DNA of 64,000 nt. It comes from Methanomassiliicoccaceae archaeon. Lineage in GTDB: Archaea; Thermoplasmatota; Thermoplasmata; Methanomassiliicoccales; Methanomassiliicoccaceae. The translations under genes were made by a program, and so were the position numbers. Below are positions 1 to 9,569 of the stretch, piece by piece. The notes under the pieces were generated by a model. That model worked only from the letters and a program-made list of their open reading frames with translations. It made no database searches and was not told where the DNA came from. Every line of letters starts with the position of its first letter. Within the stretch, counting starts at the first letter, position 1. Location: contig JAXGZN010000002.1 in NCBI GenBank assembly GCA_040776945.1, positions 960,001 through 1,024,000 on the forward strand, given 5' to 3'.

Positions 1-1
1 T

Positions 2-667
2 GATCATGTTGAAGCTCTTGTTGATGCATTCCTGCCACTTCCACTCCGGGGCCTTGGTGAGCACAGCGTCGGAGGTGACGAAGCTGAGGGTGGTGGCGTG
101 CTTGGTCTTCATGGACGGCGAGATCATCCCGGAGCCCTTGGCCATCCCTGCGATGGTGACCACGGTCCCGTCCTTGAGGGTGACCTGGCAGGCGGCCTCC
201 TTGATCGTCTTGTCTGTGGTGAGTATTGCCATGTTGGCCCGGTGGTCATGCTCCCGTCCTGTTCCCAGCTCGCCGGCTATGCGCTCGATCCCCGAGACCA
301 GCTTGTCCATCGGCAGGAAACGGCCGATCACACCGGTGGACGCGACCCCCACAAGGGCCGGATCGAGGCCCAGGACCTTGGCGGCGGTCTCTGACATTGC
401 GACAGCGTCCCTCATGCCCTGGGGACCGGTGATGGCATTGGCATTGCCGCTGTTCACGATGAACGCCTGCAGCTTCCCGCTGTGCCGCTGTATCATTAGC
501 TCCACAGGAGCGGCCCTCATCTTGTTCTGCGTATAGGCGCAGGCGGCGATGGCCGGCCTTTCCGAGAATATCATCGCCAGGTCCAGCCTCTCTTTCTTTA
601 TGCCGCAGTGAATGCCTGTCGCCTTGAAGCCCTTGGGGGTCGTGACCCCGCCGTCGATGGTGTTCAT
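2..667 (-). CDS. argJ: Bifunctional ornithine acetyltransferase/N-acetylglutamate synthase ArgJ (3' end outside window)
   Basis: Hand translation from ATG at 667: MNTIDGGVTTPKGFKATGIHCGIKKERLDLAMIFS..., with NSGNANA and GMAKGSGMI motifs; follows argC. Confidence 0.93.
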   Translation of the reverse strand, partial: MNTIDGGVTTPKGFKATGIHCGIKKERLDLAMIFSERPAIAACAYTQNKMRAAPVELMIQRHSGKLQAFIVNSGNANAITGPQGMRDAVAMSETAAKVLGLDPALVGVASTGVIGRFLPMDKLVSGIERIAGELGTGREHDHRANMAILTTDKTIKEAACQVTLKDGTVVTIAGMAKGSGMISPSMKTKHATTLSFVTSDAVLTKAPEWKWQECINKSFNMI

Positions 668-670
668 CTC

Positions 671-1690
671 CTACACTCCTAGTCCGGGGAAATCGAGACC
701 GACGGTCTCGTCCATTTTGAACATCACGTTCGCGTTCTGGACCGCCTGGCCGGCCGCTCCCTTCACCAGGTTGTCCAGCGATCCCATTGCCACGACCGTG
801 CCGGCTTCCGCCCTCTCGAGGCCGACCTCTATGAAGTTCGAGCCTACCGTGGAAGGTATCGAGGGCACGGACGCCTGCCGGACGAACCTCCGCCCGGCGT
901 AGTACGCATCGTAGAGCGCCTGCAATTCGTCCTTGTTCTTATCCTTTTTCAATGTGACATAGCTGGTCGTGAGCATTCCCCGCACTATGGGGAGAAGGTG
1001 CGGCGTGAACACCACTACGTTGCCAGCGTCGGAGACCGCATCGAGGACCATCTTGATCTCCGGCGTGTGGCGGTGGCCAACCACCTTGTACGGAGTGATG
1101 GAAGCGCCGCAGGCGGGATGGTGGGTGGCCTTGCTCGGCTCGGCCCCTGCTCCCGAGGTCCCGCTCTTGGCGTCGATTATGACCTTGCCATCCACAAGCC
1201 CAGAGGCCATCAGCGGAGCCAGGGAAAGGACCGAGCAGGTCGGATAGCAGCCAGGGTTGGCCACAAGATCGGCGCGGGCCACGGCGTCGCGGTAGATCTC
1301 GGTCATTCCATACACCGCCCGCTCCAGGCCGTCCAGGTCCTTGTGGGATTGCCCGTACCACTTCTCATAGACAGCGGGATCGCGCAGCCGGTAGTCGCCG
1401 CTGAGGTCGATGACCTTGATCCCCCTGGATAGAAGTCCGGGGGCGATCTCCATGGAAGCTCCGTGGGGCGTGGCCAGGAACGCGAGGTCGATGTCCGCGT
1501 CCTCGCTCAGCTGAGCCTCGAAGGCCAGGTCCACGAAGCCTTTGAGGGACGGCAACGCCCGGTGGACCGGGATGCCCGCGTTCTGCCTAGATGTCATTAC
1601 TTCCAGAGATATCTCTGGGTGGCGAGAAAGAATCCGCCCGAGCTCGCTCCCGGTGTACCCGGAGCCTCCTACCACGGCCGCCTTAACCAT
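671..1690 (-). CDS. argC: N-acetyl-gamma-glutamyl-phosphate reductase
   Basis: GGSGYTG Rossmann motif, ANPGCYPT catalytic motif, DNLVKGAAGQA. Confidence 0.97.
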   Translation of the reverse strand: MVKAAVVGGSGYTGSELGRILSRHPEISLEVMTSRQNAGIPVHRALPSLKGFVDLAFEAQLSEDADIDLAFLATPHGASMEIAPGLLSRGIKVIDLSGDYRLRDPAVYEKWYGQSHKDLDGLERAVYGMTEIYRDAVARADLVANPGCYPTCSVLSLAPLMASGLVDGKVIIDAKSGTSGAGAEPSKATHHPACGASITPYKVVGHRHTPEIKMVLDAVSDAGNVVVFTPHLLPIVRGMLTTSYVTLKKDKNKDELQALYDAYYAGRRFVRQASVPSIPSTVGSNFIEVGLERAEAGTVVAMGSLDNLVKGAAGQAVQNANVMFKMDETVGLDFPGLGV

Positions 1691-1910
1691 TCCAGTTACC
1701 CATTCGCAACGTTTTAGGGCCGTTGATAAAAAGGTCAGGATATTAAGGATGATGACCCAAATGCGACAATAGCGTTCCCAGCTGTTGCTAGAGGGACTAT
1801 CTGGCTGGCCATCTTTCCTGATTGTCCGGCAAGAGACTCCAAGGGGGCCGTTTGTCGGAGTTCGTTCATAAGCCCTATATAATCAAGGCCTGGTGGACGG
1901 CCCGATAGTA

Positions 1911-3212
1911 ATGGTAAGCAGGAAGAAGAAGGACAGCGCCCCCAGGTCAGGCAGGAAGAAGGTCGTCCTAGCGTACTCCGGCGGACTGGACACGTCGGTG
2001 GCCATTCGCTGGCTCCAAGACAATTATGACCTCGACGTGGTGGCCGTCTCCATAGACGTGGGCCAGCCCGGGGACATGGAGAAGAACATCGACCGCGCCA
2101 AGTCCATCGGGGCGGTGGCCGCCTACGCCATCGACGCCCGGGAGGAGTTCGCCGAGAACTACGTCTGGCCGTCGCTCAAGGCCAACGCCCTGTATCAGGG
2201 CATCTATCCGCTGTCCACCGCAATAGCCAGGCCGCTCATCGCCAAGCTGCTGGTGGACGTGGCCCGCAAGGAGGGAGCGGAGTTCATCGCCCATGGGTGC
2301 ACCGCCAAGGGGAATGACCAGGTAAGGTTCGATGTAAGCATCGCCGCCCTCGCTCCCAACCTCGGGATCATCGCGCCGATGCGGGAGTGGGTCATGACCC
2401 GTGAGGAAGAGATCGACTACGCAAAGAAGAACGGGATCCCCGTGCCGGTCAAGAAGGCGTGCCCCTACTCTACGGACGAGAACCTGTGGGGACGCAGCTG
2501 CGAGTGCGGGGTGCTCGAGGACGCCTCCAAGGAGCCTCCTGAGGACTCTCGCGAGTGGACGGTGTCTCCGCAAAAGGCCCCTGACAGGCCGACCTACGTG
2601 GACATCGCCTTCGAGAAGGGTGTGCCTGTGTCCATCGACGGCCGCAGGCTTCCCCCGGTGGAACTTATCATGAGGCTCAACAAGCTCGCGGGGGAGAACG
2701 GCGTTGGACGCATCGACCATATCGAGGACCGCTTGGTCGGCATCAAGTCCCGTGAGACCTATGAGTGTCCGGCGGCGGTTACGCTCATCAAGGCGCACCA
2801 GGCCCTTGAGAGCATGGTCCTGACGAAGGACGTGCTTTCCTACAAGAGGGGGATCGAGCAGCGCTTTTCCGAACTGGCCTACGACGGCCTGTGGTTCTCC
2901 CCTCTCAGGGAGGCATTGGACGCGTTCGTGGAGAGCACGCAGAAGTTCGTCACCGGCATGGTCACGATGAAGCTGTACAAAGGGAATGTGGACGTGGTCG
3001 GCCGCGAATCGCCGTACTCGCTGTACAACGAGGGTCTCGCCACCTACGCCAAGGGAGATGAGTTCGACCACACCTCGGCCAAGGGCTTCATCTATGTTTG
3101 GGGCCTGCCGCTGCGCACGGTGGCGAGCGCTCACAGGTCCAAGATGAAGGTTGTGGACCAGGCGCCGGAGAAGGTCGCGCCCAAGAAGGTCCAGAGGAAA
3201 CGCGCCAAGTAG
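1911..3212 (+). CDS. argG: Argininosuccinate synthase
   Basis: LAYSGGLDTS, HGCTAKGNDQVRF, GIKSRETYE motifs; ATG at 1911 preferred over GTG at 1893. Confidence 0.97.
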   Translation: MVSRKKKDSAPRSGRKKVVLAYSGGLDTSVAIRWLQDNYDLDVVAVSIDVGQPGDMEKNIDRAKSIGAVAAYAIDAREEFAENYVWPSLKANALYQGIYPLSTAIARPLIAKLLVDVARKEGAEFIAHGCTAKGNDQVRFDVSIAALAPNLGIIAPMREWVMTREEEIDYAKKNGIPVPVKKACPYSTDENLWGRSCECGVLEDASKEPPEDSREWTVSPQKAPDRPTYVDIAFEKGVPVSIDGRRLPPVELIMRLNKLAGENGVGRIDHIEDRLVGIKSRETYECPAAVTLIKAHQALESMVLTKDVLSYKRGIEQRFSELAYDGLWFSPLREALDAFVESTQKFVTGMVTMKLYKGNVDVVGRESPYSLYNEGLATYAKGDEFDHTSAKGFIYVWGLPLRTVASAHRSKMKVVDQAPEKVAPKKVQRKRAK

Positions 3213-3220
3213 GGCGCGGC

Positions 3221-3250
3221 AAAACCCCTTTCAACCATCCCTTTTTTTAA
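3221..3250 (+). terminator. Pyrimidine/U-rich terminator after argG
   Basis: aaaacccctttcaaccatccctttttttaa with a 7-T run just after the stop codon. Confidence 0.55.
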
Positions 3251-3298
3251 CCGAGAGACGGTTGGAAGTGGCAGCGTTATAGAGCGTGAGGAACGGCC

Positions 3299-4768
3299 AT
3301 GAACGGAGAGAAGAGAACGCTTTGGTCCGGGAGGTTCAGCGAAGCGGCGGCGGAGAGCACGCTGGCGTTCACATCATCCTTGACGGTGGACCGCCGCCTG
3401 GCGCGCTACGATGTGCTGGGCTCGATGGCCCATGCGCGAATGTTGGGCCGCCAGGGGATAATATCATCAGAGGACAGTGAGACCATCCAGCAGGGGCTGC
3501 GAGAGATAATGGCGATGATCGAGGAGGACCGCCTCCCGGTGCAGGAGCGGCTGGAGGACATTCATTCCAACATCGAGTTCCTGCTCACCGATATGATCGG
3601 AGAAGCAGGCGCCCGCCTGCACACCGCCCGGAGCAGGAACGACCAGGTGGTCACCGACCTCCGCATGTTCATGCGTGACGCGACCCTGGACACGATGGAG
3701 GCTCTTAGGTCTCTGCAGAGGGCGATCATGGATAGGGCCAGCGACAGCCTGGACATCATTCTCCCCGGCTTCACCCACGTCCAACATGCCCAGCCGGTGA
3801 CGGTCGGGCATTGGTTGATGGCCCACTTCTTCCGCCTGCAGAGGGACTCCGAGAGATTGATGGACTCCTACCGCCGGGTGAACATCTCGCCGCTCGGCTC
3901 CGCCGCGCTGGCAGGGACCACGTACAGGATCGACCGGTTGTACACCTCAAGCCTGCTGGGGTTCGAGGCTCCGTGCCCGAACTCCATCGACGGCGTGTCC
4001 GACCGCGATTTCGTGGCGGAGTACCTTTTCGCCGCCGCCCTGATCGCCGTGCACCTATCCTCGCTGTGCGAGGAACTTGTCTACTGGTCGTCCTCCGAGT
4101 TCGGGTTCCTGGTCATGGCCGATGCCTATTCCACCGGCAGCAGCATAATGCCCCAGAAGAAGAACCCGGACGTGGCCGAATTGGTCCGCGGCCGGACAGG
4201 CGCGGCCATTGGGGACCTGGTCAATGTACTGTCAACGATGAAAGGCTTGCCCACCGCCTACAACCGCGACCTGCAGGAGGATAAGCCCGCGGTGTTTTCC
4301 ACCTATGATCGCCTGGTCCCCTGCCTCAACATGGCCGCGGCCATGGTGGCGACCATGGTTTTCAATAAGGAGCGCATGCTCGCCGCCTGCCGGGAGGGTT
4401 TCCTCAACGCGACCGACCTGGCGGACTACCTGGCGATGAGGGGGCTGCCCTTCCGCAGGGCCCACGAGGTGGTCGGGGCGGCGGTCCGGCATGCCATCGA
4501 GCTCGGGAAGCGGCTAGAGGAGCTGGAGCTTGATGAGCTGCGGGGATTCTGCGACCTGATCGAGGAGGACGTGTACTCCGTTCTTCCGATGGAGCGGTGC
4601 GTGGCCCGGCGGACCTCGATCGGGGGGACCTCTCCAGAGGTCACCCCAATGCAACTGAGCCAGGCAATGTCAGTGCTTCGCAGGCAGGGCGATTTCATCG
4701 ACCGCGAGCGCTCGAGGACGGAGAAGGCGTTCAGGTCCCTCATGGAGCAGGGGCCGAGCCAAGGTTGA
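3299..4768 (+). CDS. argH: Argininosuccinate lyase
   Basis: LWSGRF N-terminus, HTARSRNDQ, GSSIMPQKKNPD signature. Confidence 0.97.
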   Translation: MNGEKRTLWSGRFSEAAAESTLAFTSSLTVDRRLARYDVLGSMAHARMLGRQGIISSEDSETIQQGLREIMAMIEEDRLPVQERLEDIHSNIEFLLTDMIGEAGARLHTARSRNDQVVTDLRMFMRDATLDTMEALRSLQRAIMDRASDSLDIILPGFTHVQHAQPVTVGHWLMAHFFRLQRDSERLMDSYRRVNISPLGSAALAGTTYRIDRLYTSSLLGFEAPCPNSIDGVSDRDFVAEYLFAAALIAVHLSSLCEELVYWSSSEFGFLVMADAYSTGSSIMPQKKNPDVAELVRGRTGAAIGDLVNVLSTMKGLPTAYNRDLQEDKPAVFSTYDRLVPCLNMAAAMVATMVFNKERMLAACREGFLNATDLADYLAMRGLPFRRAHEVVGAAVRHAIELGKRLEELELDELRGFCDLIEEDVYSVLPMERCVARRTSIGGTSPEVTPMQLSQAMSVLRRQGDFIDRERSRTEKAFRSLMEQGPSQG

Positions 4769-4868
4769 AAAGGTCAGGTCTCCTGCTTTGCACGTGATGT
4801 TGGCGATTTGGAACTGCCTGTGTGCCCATGTTCCGTTCTGGTCGCCTGACCGTCCATTGCCGCCGGCT

Positions 4869-5234
4869 CTAGTCCTTGGGACCTAGGGCGTTCCACTGAA
4901 GGGTGTGCTTGACGCCAGCCTTGGTGAGTATCTTGCTGACCCTCTCGCTCAGCCTGACGACCTCGCTCCCGGCGATGTTGGACTTCAAGTAGAACTGTCG
5001 GCTACCCAGCGGAAAGATGAGCCGCATGCGCCCCTTTCGGTTGTACCCCTCAGGTTTCTGGTTCTTGCGCAGCGCCTGCTGGTTAAGATAGATGAACATC
5101 TGCAGGACATCATTATCGTCCGGCATCTGGTCGGTCTCTTCGAGGAAGGTTGTCAGGATCTCGGGAAAAATTTCAGCCAGATCGCTATATTGGAAGCTCT
5201 CTTCAAAGACGAAATGACCGCTGGTCGCCTTCAT
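4869..5234 (-). CDS. Hypothetical protein (~121 aa)
   Basis: Protein-like ORF MKATSGHFVFEESF... with AT-rich TATA-like sequence about 25 nt upstream; no motif recognised. Confidence 0.7.
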   Translation of the reverse strand: MKATSGHFVFEESFQYSDLAEIFPEILTTFLEETDQMPDDNDVLQMFIYLNQQALRKNQKPEGYNRKGRMRLIFPLGSRQFYLKSNIAGSEVVRLSERVSKILTKAGVKHTLQWNALGPKD

Positions 5235-5356
5235 TGAACATTTTTGAAGGGGGGATATATATTTATACTTTATCTCCAAGCGGCCATGCCGGACCCGAAG
5301 GGATGGGGGGGATGCCCGAAGCAGGAGTATATATCGGGCAAGTGATTTTCTGTTGT

Positions 5357-6652
5357 ATGCTCGTCGCGCTTACCATCGCTGGCTCGGATTCGATAGGAGG
5401 GGCGGGCATCCAGGCGGACATCAGGGCAATGGCCTCCCAGGGGGTCCACGCCGCAGTGGCCTTGACCGCGGTCACGGCGCAGAACACCACCCGAGTATCT
5501 GGAATATTCCCCCTCCCGGCGGAGGAGGTTGTGGCCCAGCTCGATGCCGTGCTGGAGGACGTCCATGTGTCCGCTGCCAAGACCGGGATGCTGTTCTCGG
5601 CGGGAATAGCCTCGGCGGTCGCTGACCGACTTGACGGCGAAAAATTCCCACTGGTCGTCGACCCGGTCATGGTCGCTGGGGTCGGGGACGCGCTGAACCG
5701 CGATGATCTGATCGGGGCGCTGAGGGACCGCATCTTGCCCATGGCGACCATGCTCACTCCCAATGTTCCGGAGGCGGAGGCCCTGGTAGGATACAGGATC
5801 GATGATCAGACAGACGTCCGGCGGGCCTGCCGCGAGCTTGCTGGCATGGGGGCGGAAGCGGTGCTCCTCAAGGGCGGGCACATGGAGACCAATGACTGCA
5901 CCGACACACTGTTCCACGATGGTAAGTTCCTCTCCATGAGCTTTCCTCGGGTGAACGTGCGCGGCCACGGAGGAGGATGCATCCTATCCTCTTATCTGGC
6001 CGCAAACCTGGCCAAGGGGCATGGGATATGGGAGAGCGCTCTGATGGCCAGAACGGCCATTGACGAGTCGATCTCCGCCCGTTACGTCATCGGTCGGGGA
6101 GTGCCGTTGGTGGAGCCGCTTGGCGCAAAGCTCCGCGACGCCCAGAGATATGAGGTGTTGTCCCGGCTGCGGAACACGGCGCTCAAGGTGGAGAGCGCTC
6201 TCGAGCGCCTTTCCTCCCCGGAAACGCTGGAGATCTACTTCGCTCTTCCCGGGGCGGAGAGCGCGAAGGACGTAGGCTCCGTGGCGGTCATGCCCTCCGA
6301 GAAGGGCGGCGTGGGATGCGGGTCCTTCGGCGCCTCCGAAGCCTCGAACCGTTCGGCCCTGGCGGCCGTGTGCCTGGACGGTAGGATGAGGGCGGGTGCG
6401 AAGGTGAGGCTTACGGACGAGCGTGCCAGAGCGATCAGGGCCTCGGACCTGACGTCCAGGGTGGTGAGGGCTGGCCGACGCCCGCCATCTGTGGCCGGGA
6501 CCGGTGCAGAAAGCGCATTGGTCCATCTGGGCTTCGTCCCAGATGTTGTGATCGACAGGGGTGGAGGGGGGCGAGAAGCGGCCGTTTGGCTCTTCGCCCG
6601 CACGCCCGAGGAGCTACTGGGCAAGCTAATGGTGGCCCTGGGCAGAGGATAG
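5357..6652 (+). CDS. thiD: HMP/HMP-P kinase ThiD fused to a degenerate ThiN-like C-terminal domain
   Basis: LTIAGSDSIGGAGIQAD, KTGML, VVDPVM, TPNVPEA, LLKGGH; C-terminal PDVVIDRGGGGREA resembles ThiN. Confidence 0.9.
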   Translation: MLVALTIAGSDSIGGAGIQADIRAMASQGVHAAVALTAVTAQNTTRVSGIFPLPAEEVVAQLDAVLEDVHVSAAKTGMLFSAGIASAVADRLDGEKFPLVVDPVMVAGVGDALNRDDLIGALRDRILPMATMLTPNVPEAEALVGYRIDDQTDVRRACRELAGMGAEAVLLKGGHMETNDCTDTLFHDGKFLSMSFPRVNVRGHGGGCILSSYLAANLAKGHGIWESALMARTAIDESISARYVIGRGVPLVEPLGAKLRDAQRYEVLSRLRNTALKVESALERLSSPETLEIYFALPGAESAKDVGSVAVMPSEKGGVGCGSFGASEASNRSALAAVCLDGRMRAGAKVRLTDERARAIRASDLTSRVVRAGRRPPSVAGTGAESALVHLGFVPDVVIDRGGGGREAAVWLFARTPEELLGKLMVALGRG

Positions 6653-6654
6653 GC

Positions 6655-7821
6655 ATGCGCGTAGCGATGTTCACCGACAGTTTCCTCCCTGCGAGGGACG
6701 GGGTGGTCAACTCCATCCTCACGACCAAGGCCCAGCTCGAGCGGCTTGGCCATGAGGTGTTCATCTTCGCTCCTGAGCCCTGCAACGGCTACCGGGTGGA
6801 CGACGTCTACTATTTCCGATCTCTGACCTACAAGCGCTATCCCGGCTACAGCTTCTCCCCCTTCCCGACCAACAAGTGCGAGATCCTGAACGACCTGGAC
6901 ATCGATGTGATCCACACGCACGGGCTGCTGTTCATGGGCGTTCGCTCCATGTTCGCCGCAAGGACGATGAAACTTCCTGTGGTCGTTTCGTTCCATACCA
7001 TGATCACCGACGCCGCCAAGTACTACGCTCCATTGCCCATCCCCGAGTGGATGACCAATCGCTTGTTCTGGATCTACCTGAAGCAGCTCCTTGAGAGAGC
7101 GGACTCGGTCGTGGCCCCGACCGCGGCCATCAAGTCCGAGCTGCTTACCTATGCGCCAGCTATGCATCGGGTGGAGGTGATCCCTACTGGCGTTGACTGC
7201 GAACGCTTCCACCCAGAGAACGATGGCTCAGCTGTGCGGCGCCGGTATGGTCTGGACGGGGAGAAGGTACTGCTGCATGTCGGGAGGGTGGCCATGGAAA
7301 AGAACCTGGACCTGGTCATAGAAGGCTTCTCGAAGCTGTTGAGGAAGGACCCCATGGTCCGGCTGCTGATCGTTGGTGATGGGCCGGCCAAGAAACATTA
7401 CCAAGAGGCGGTCAGGGACCGGGGTCTTGACGGGAGGGTGGTCTTCACCGGGTTCATCCCTGACGAGGAGCTGCCCCAGGTCTATGCGGCCTGCGATGCC
7501 ACGGTCATCGCGTCGAAGTTCGAAACGCAGGGCCTGGTCGGCCTGGAGGCCATGGCCAGCGGGAAGCCTGTTGCCGGGATCAACTATCGGGCGGTGAAGG
7601 AGCTCATTCGGAAGGGTGAGAACGGATATGTGTTCGAGGACGACCCTGACTCCTGCGCCGAGGCCATGAGGTGCGTGCTGGACCGGTCCGAACAGATGAG
7701 GTGGAGCGCAAGGCGGTATGCCCTAGGCTACTCGGTGCAGCTGAGTGTGGAGAAGCTGCTTGAGCTGTACGAGTATTCCATCGAAAGAAAGAGGATGGTC
7801 CTGGAGGGAAAGGTATTCTAA
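6655..7821 (+). CDS. Glycosyltransferase family 4 (GT-B)
   Basis: MRVAMFTDSFLP..GV, VGRVAMEKN, ETQGLVGLEAMASG (E-x7-E). Confidence 0.92.
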   Translation: MRVAMFTDSFLPARDGVVNSILTTKAQLERLGHEVFIFAPEPCNGYRVDDVYYFRSLTYKRYPGYSFSPFPTNKCEILNDLDIDVIHTHGLLFMGVRSMFAARTMKLPVVVSFHTMITDAAKYYAPLPIPEWMTNRLFWIYLKQLLERADSVVAPTAAIKSELLTYAPAMHRVEVIPTGVDCERFHPENDGSAVRRRYGLDGEKVLLHVGRVAMEKNLDLVIEGFSKLLRKDPMVRLLIVGDGPAKKHYQEAVRDRGLDGRVVFTGFIPDEELPQVYAACDATVIASKFETQGLVGLEAMASGKPVAGINYRAVKELIRKGENGYVFEDDPDSCAEAMRCVLDRSEQMRWSARRYALGYSVQLSVEKLLELYEYSIERKRMVLEGKVF

Positions 7822-7843
7822 CCCGGACGCGTTACTTCACCGA

Positions 7844-8461
7844 ATGAGCGACGTGGGGTCGACCCTTTGGGGACTTTTCGAACCTCTTGGCCCTTGGGGA
7901 GGGCTAGCGTTCATCTTCCTGCTGTTCTACATCGACGCCATCATAATCCCTACTCTCCCTGAGCTATTCGTCGTGCTGGTCTTCCTGGCCCAGAGCAGCG
8001 GGAGCGGTGATTGGATGGTCCTGTACGGCGCCATCATGCTCCTCACCATCGCCGTCGCAGAGATAGTAGGCGTCCTGACCCTGTACCTTGTTATAAAAAG
8101 GGCCAAGCTGGGCGAGTACCGGGCCAAGATCAGCCGGGCGGTCGAGAGATATAGATGCTTCCTTCTGGTCCCTGACGAGCGGATGATCCTGCTGAACCGC
8201 ATCGCGCCCATATTGCCGTTCCTGGGAGGCTTCATCGCCCTTTCCCGCTGGAACCTCAGGAGATGCATGGCCTATGTCGTTATCGGAGGCGTGCTGAAGT
8301 ACGGCATAATCCTCCTGCTGAGCGGCTTCTTCCTGGCCTACTTCTCCCAGGGGACGGCCCAGGCCGCTACCCTGGCCATGATCGTCGCCATATTGATCGC
8401 CAGTTTTGTGGCCTCCTTCATACGCAAGAGGAAATGTGAGAATGCGAATCGTTCTGCTTAA
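7844..8461 (+). CDS. Integral membrane protein, DedA/VTT-like
   Basis: Several hydrophobic segments; DAIIIPTLPE and LLNRIAPILP motifs; lies between two GT4 genes. Confidence 0.65.
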   Translation: MSDVGSTLWGLFEPLGPWGGLAFIFLLFYIDAIIIPTLPELFVVLVFLAQSSGSGDWMVLYGAIMLLTIAVAEIVGVLTLYLVIKRAKLGEYRAKISRAVERYRCFLLVPDERMILLNRIAPILPFLGGFIALSRWNLRRCMAYVVIGGVLKYGIILLLSGFFLAYFSQGTAQAATLAMIVAILIASFVASFIRKRKCENANRSA

Positions 8462-9506
8462 TCCGTACCACTACCCTTACATGGGAGGCATCGAGTACCG
8501 GCTCCATGAGGTGGCCAAGAGGCTCTCGGACAAGCATGAGATGATCGTCCTGACCTCAAGGCTGGCCGACACTCCGGCCGAGGAGGAGCGGGACGGCTAC
8601 CGCATCATACGTCTCCCCTCCAAGTTCTACGGGAGCTACAACCCGCCCTACGTGACCACCCCTGGAGTGCTGGAGGCCCTTGAGGGCTTAGATCCGGACG
8701 TGGTGGACTTCCACTATCGCTGGGCTCCCTCATATACTAAGGCCATACGCCGGTACGGCGGGCGCTGGACGTTCACGTTCCACAACACCTATGGGGAAGG
8801 GGAAGGCCTCGGCCGCTTGGTTAGCATGGTGAACGACTCGCTGTTCTGCCGGCACATCCGAAACCATCGGGTCATCTGCATTACCGAGTTCATCAAGAGA
8901 GACCTGATCGCGCGGAGGTTCCGCCCGGAGATGCTTGACGTAGTGCCTCCAGGCATCGATATGGCAGAGGGCGAGCCCCGGGAGGGGGACCACATCCTCT
9001 TCGTCGGACGACTGGTGGGCACCAAGGGGCTCCCTTACCTTATCAAGGCCATGAGTGATGTCGATGGCAGGCTCGTCATCGTCGGCGACGGACCTGAGCG
9101 GGACCGCCTTCGGTCGCTGGCGCGCTCCGCCGGCGTCGCCGGCAAGGTCGAGTTCACCGGATGGGTGAGCCCGGAGAGGAAGGAGGAACTGCTCTCTAGC
9201 TGCAAGGTGTTCTGCATGCCCTCCCTGTTCGAGTCCTATGGCATGGCGGTGGCCGAGGCCATGACCTGGGGGAGGCCCGTGGTGGCGTCGAGGATCGGCG
9301 GCTTGCCAGAGGTGGTGGGGAACGCGGGAACGCTGGTGCCACCGAGGGACAGCCGCGCCCTGGCAGATGCTCTGACCACCATGCTGAGCGATGATGCGTT
9401 CCGGCACGCCTGTTCCGCCGAGGCTCGGCGGCATATCCTGCGGTTCTCATGGCCTGCCGTGCTCAAGGACCTCGAGGCGGTCTACGCCCGGGTGGCCGAG
9501 GAATAG
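8442..9506 (+). CDS. Glycosyltransferase family 4
   Basis: GGIE, FVGRLVGTKG, ESYGMAVAEAM. Confidence 0.92.
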   Translation: MRIVLLNPYHYPYMGGIEYRLHEVAKRLSDKHEMIVLTSRLADTPAEEERDGYRIIRLPSKFYGSYNPPYVTTPGVLEALEGLDPDVVDFHYRWAPSYTKAIRRYGGRWTFTFHNTYGEGEGLGRLVSMVNDSLFCRHIRNHRVICITEFIKRDLIARRFRPEMLDVVPPGIDMAEGEPREGDHILFVGRLVGTKGLPYLIKAMSDVDGRLVIVGDGPERDRLRSLARSAGVAGKVEFTGWVSPERKEELLSSCKVFCMPSLFESYGMAVAEAMTWGRPVVASRIGGLPEVVGNAGTLVPPRDSRALADALTTMLSDDAFRHACSAEARRHILRFSWPAVLKDLEAVYARVAEE

Positions 9507-9569
9507 TGCCGCTGCTGGCCTGCAGGGCAACCGGACCGTGGGGGATGGTTATGGAAAAATGAGGAGGTT

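Noticed and set aside
1707-1718. 12-mer gggccgttgata shared by the argC and mvk upstream regions (second copy near 39248)
   Set aside because: Only two copies, in front of functionally unrelated genes, overlapping TATA-like sequence; likely coincidence.
1749-1821. ATGATGA...CTGA, a possible C/D box sRNA between argC and argG
   Set aside because: No convincing internal D'/C' boxes or terminal stem; it overlaps divergent promoter DNA.
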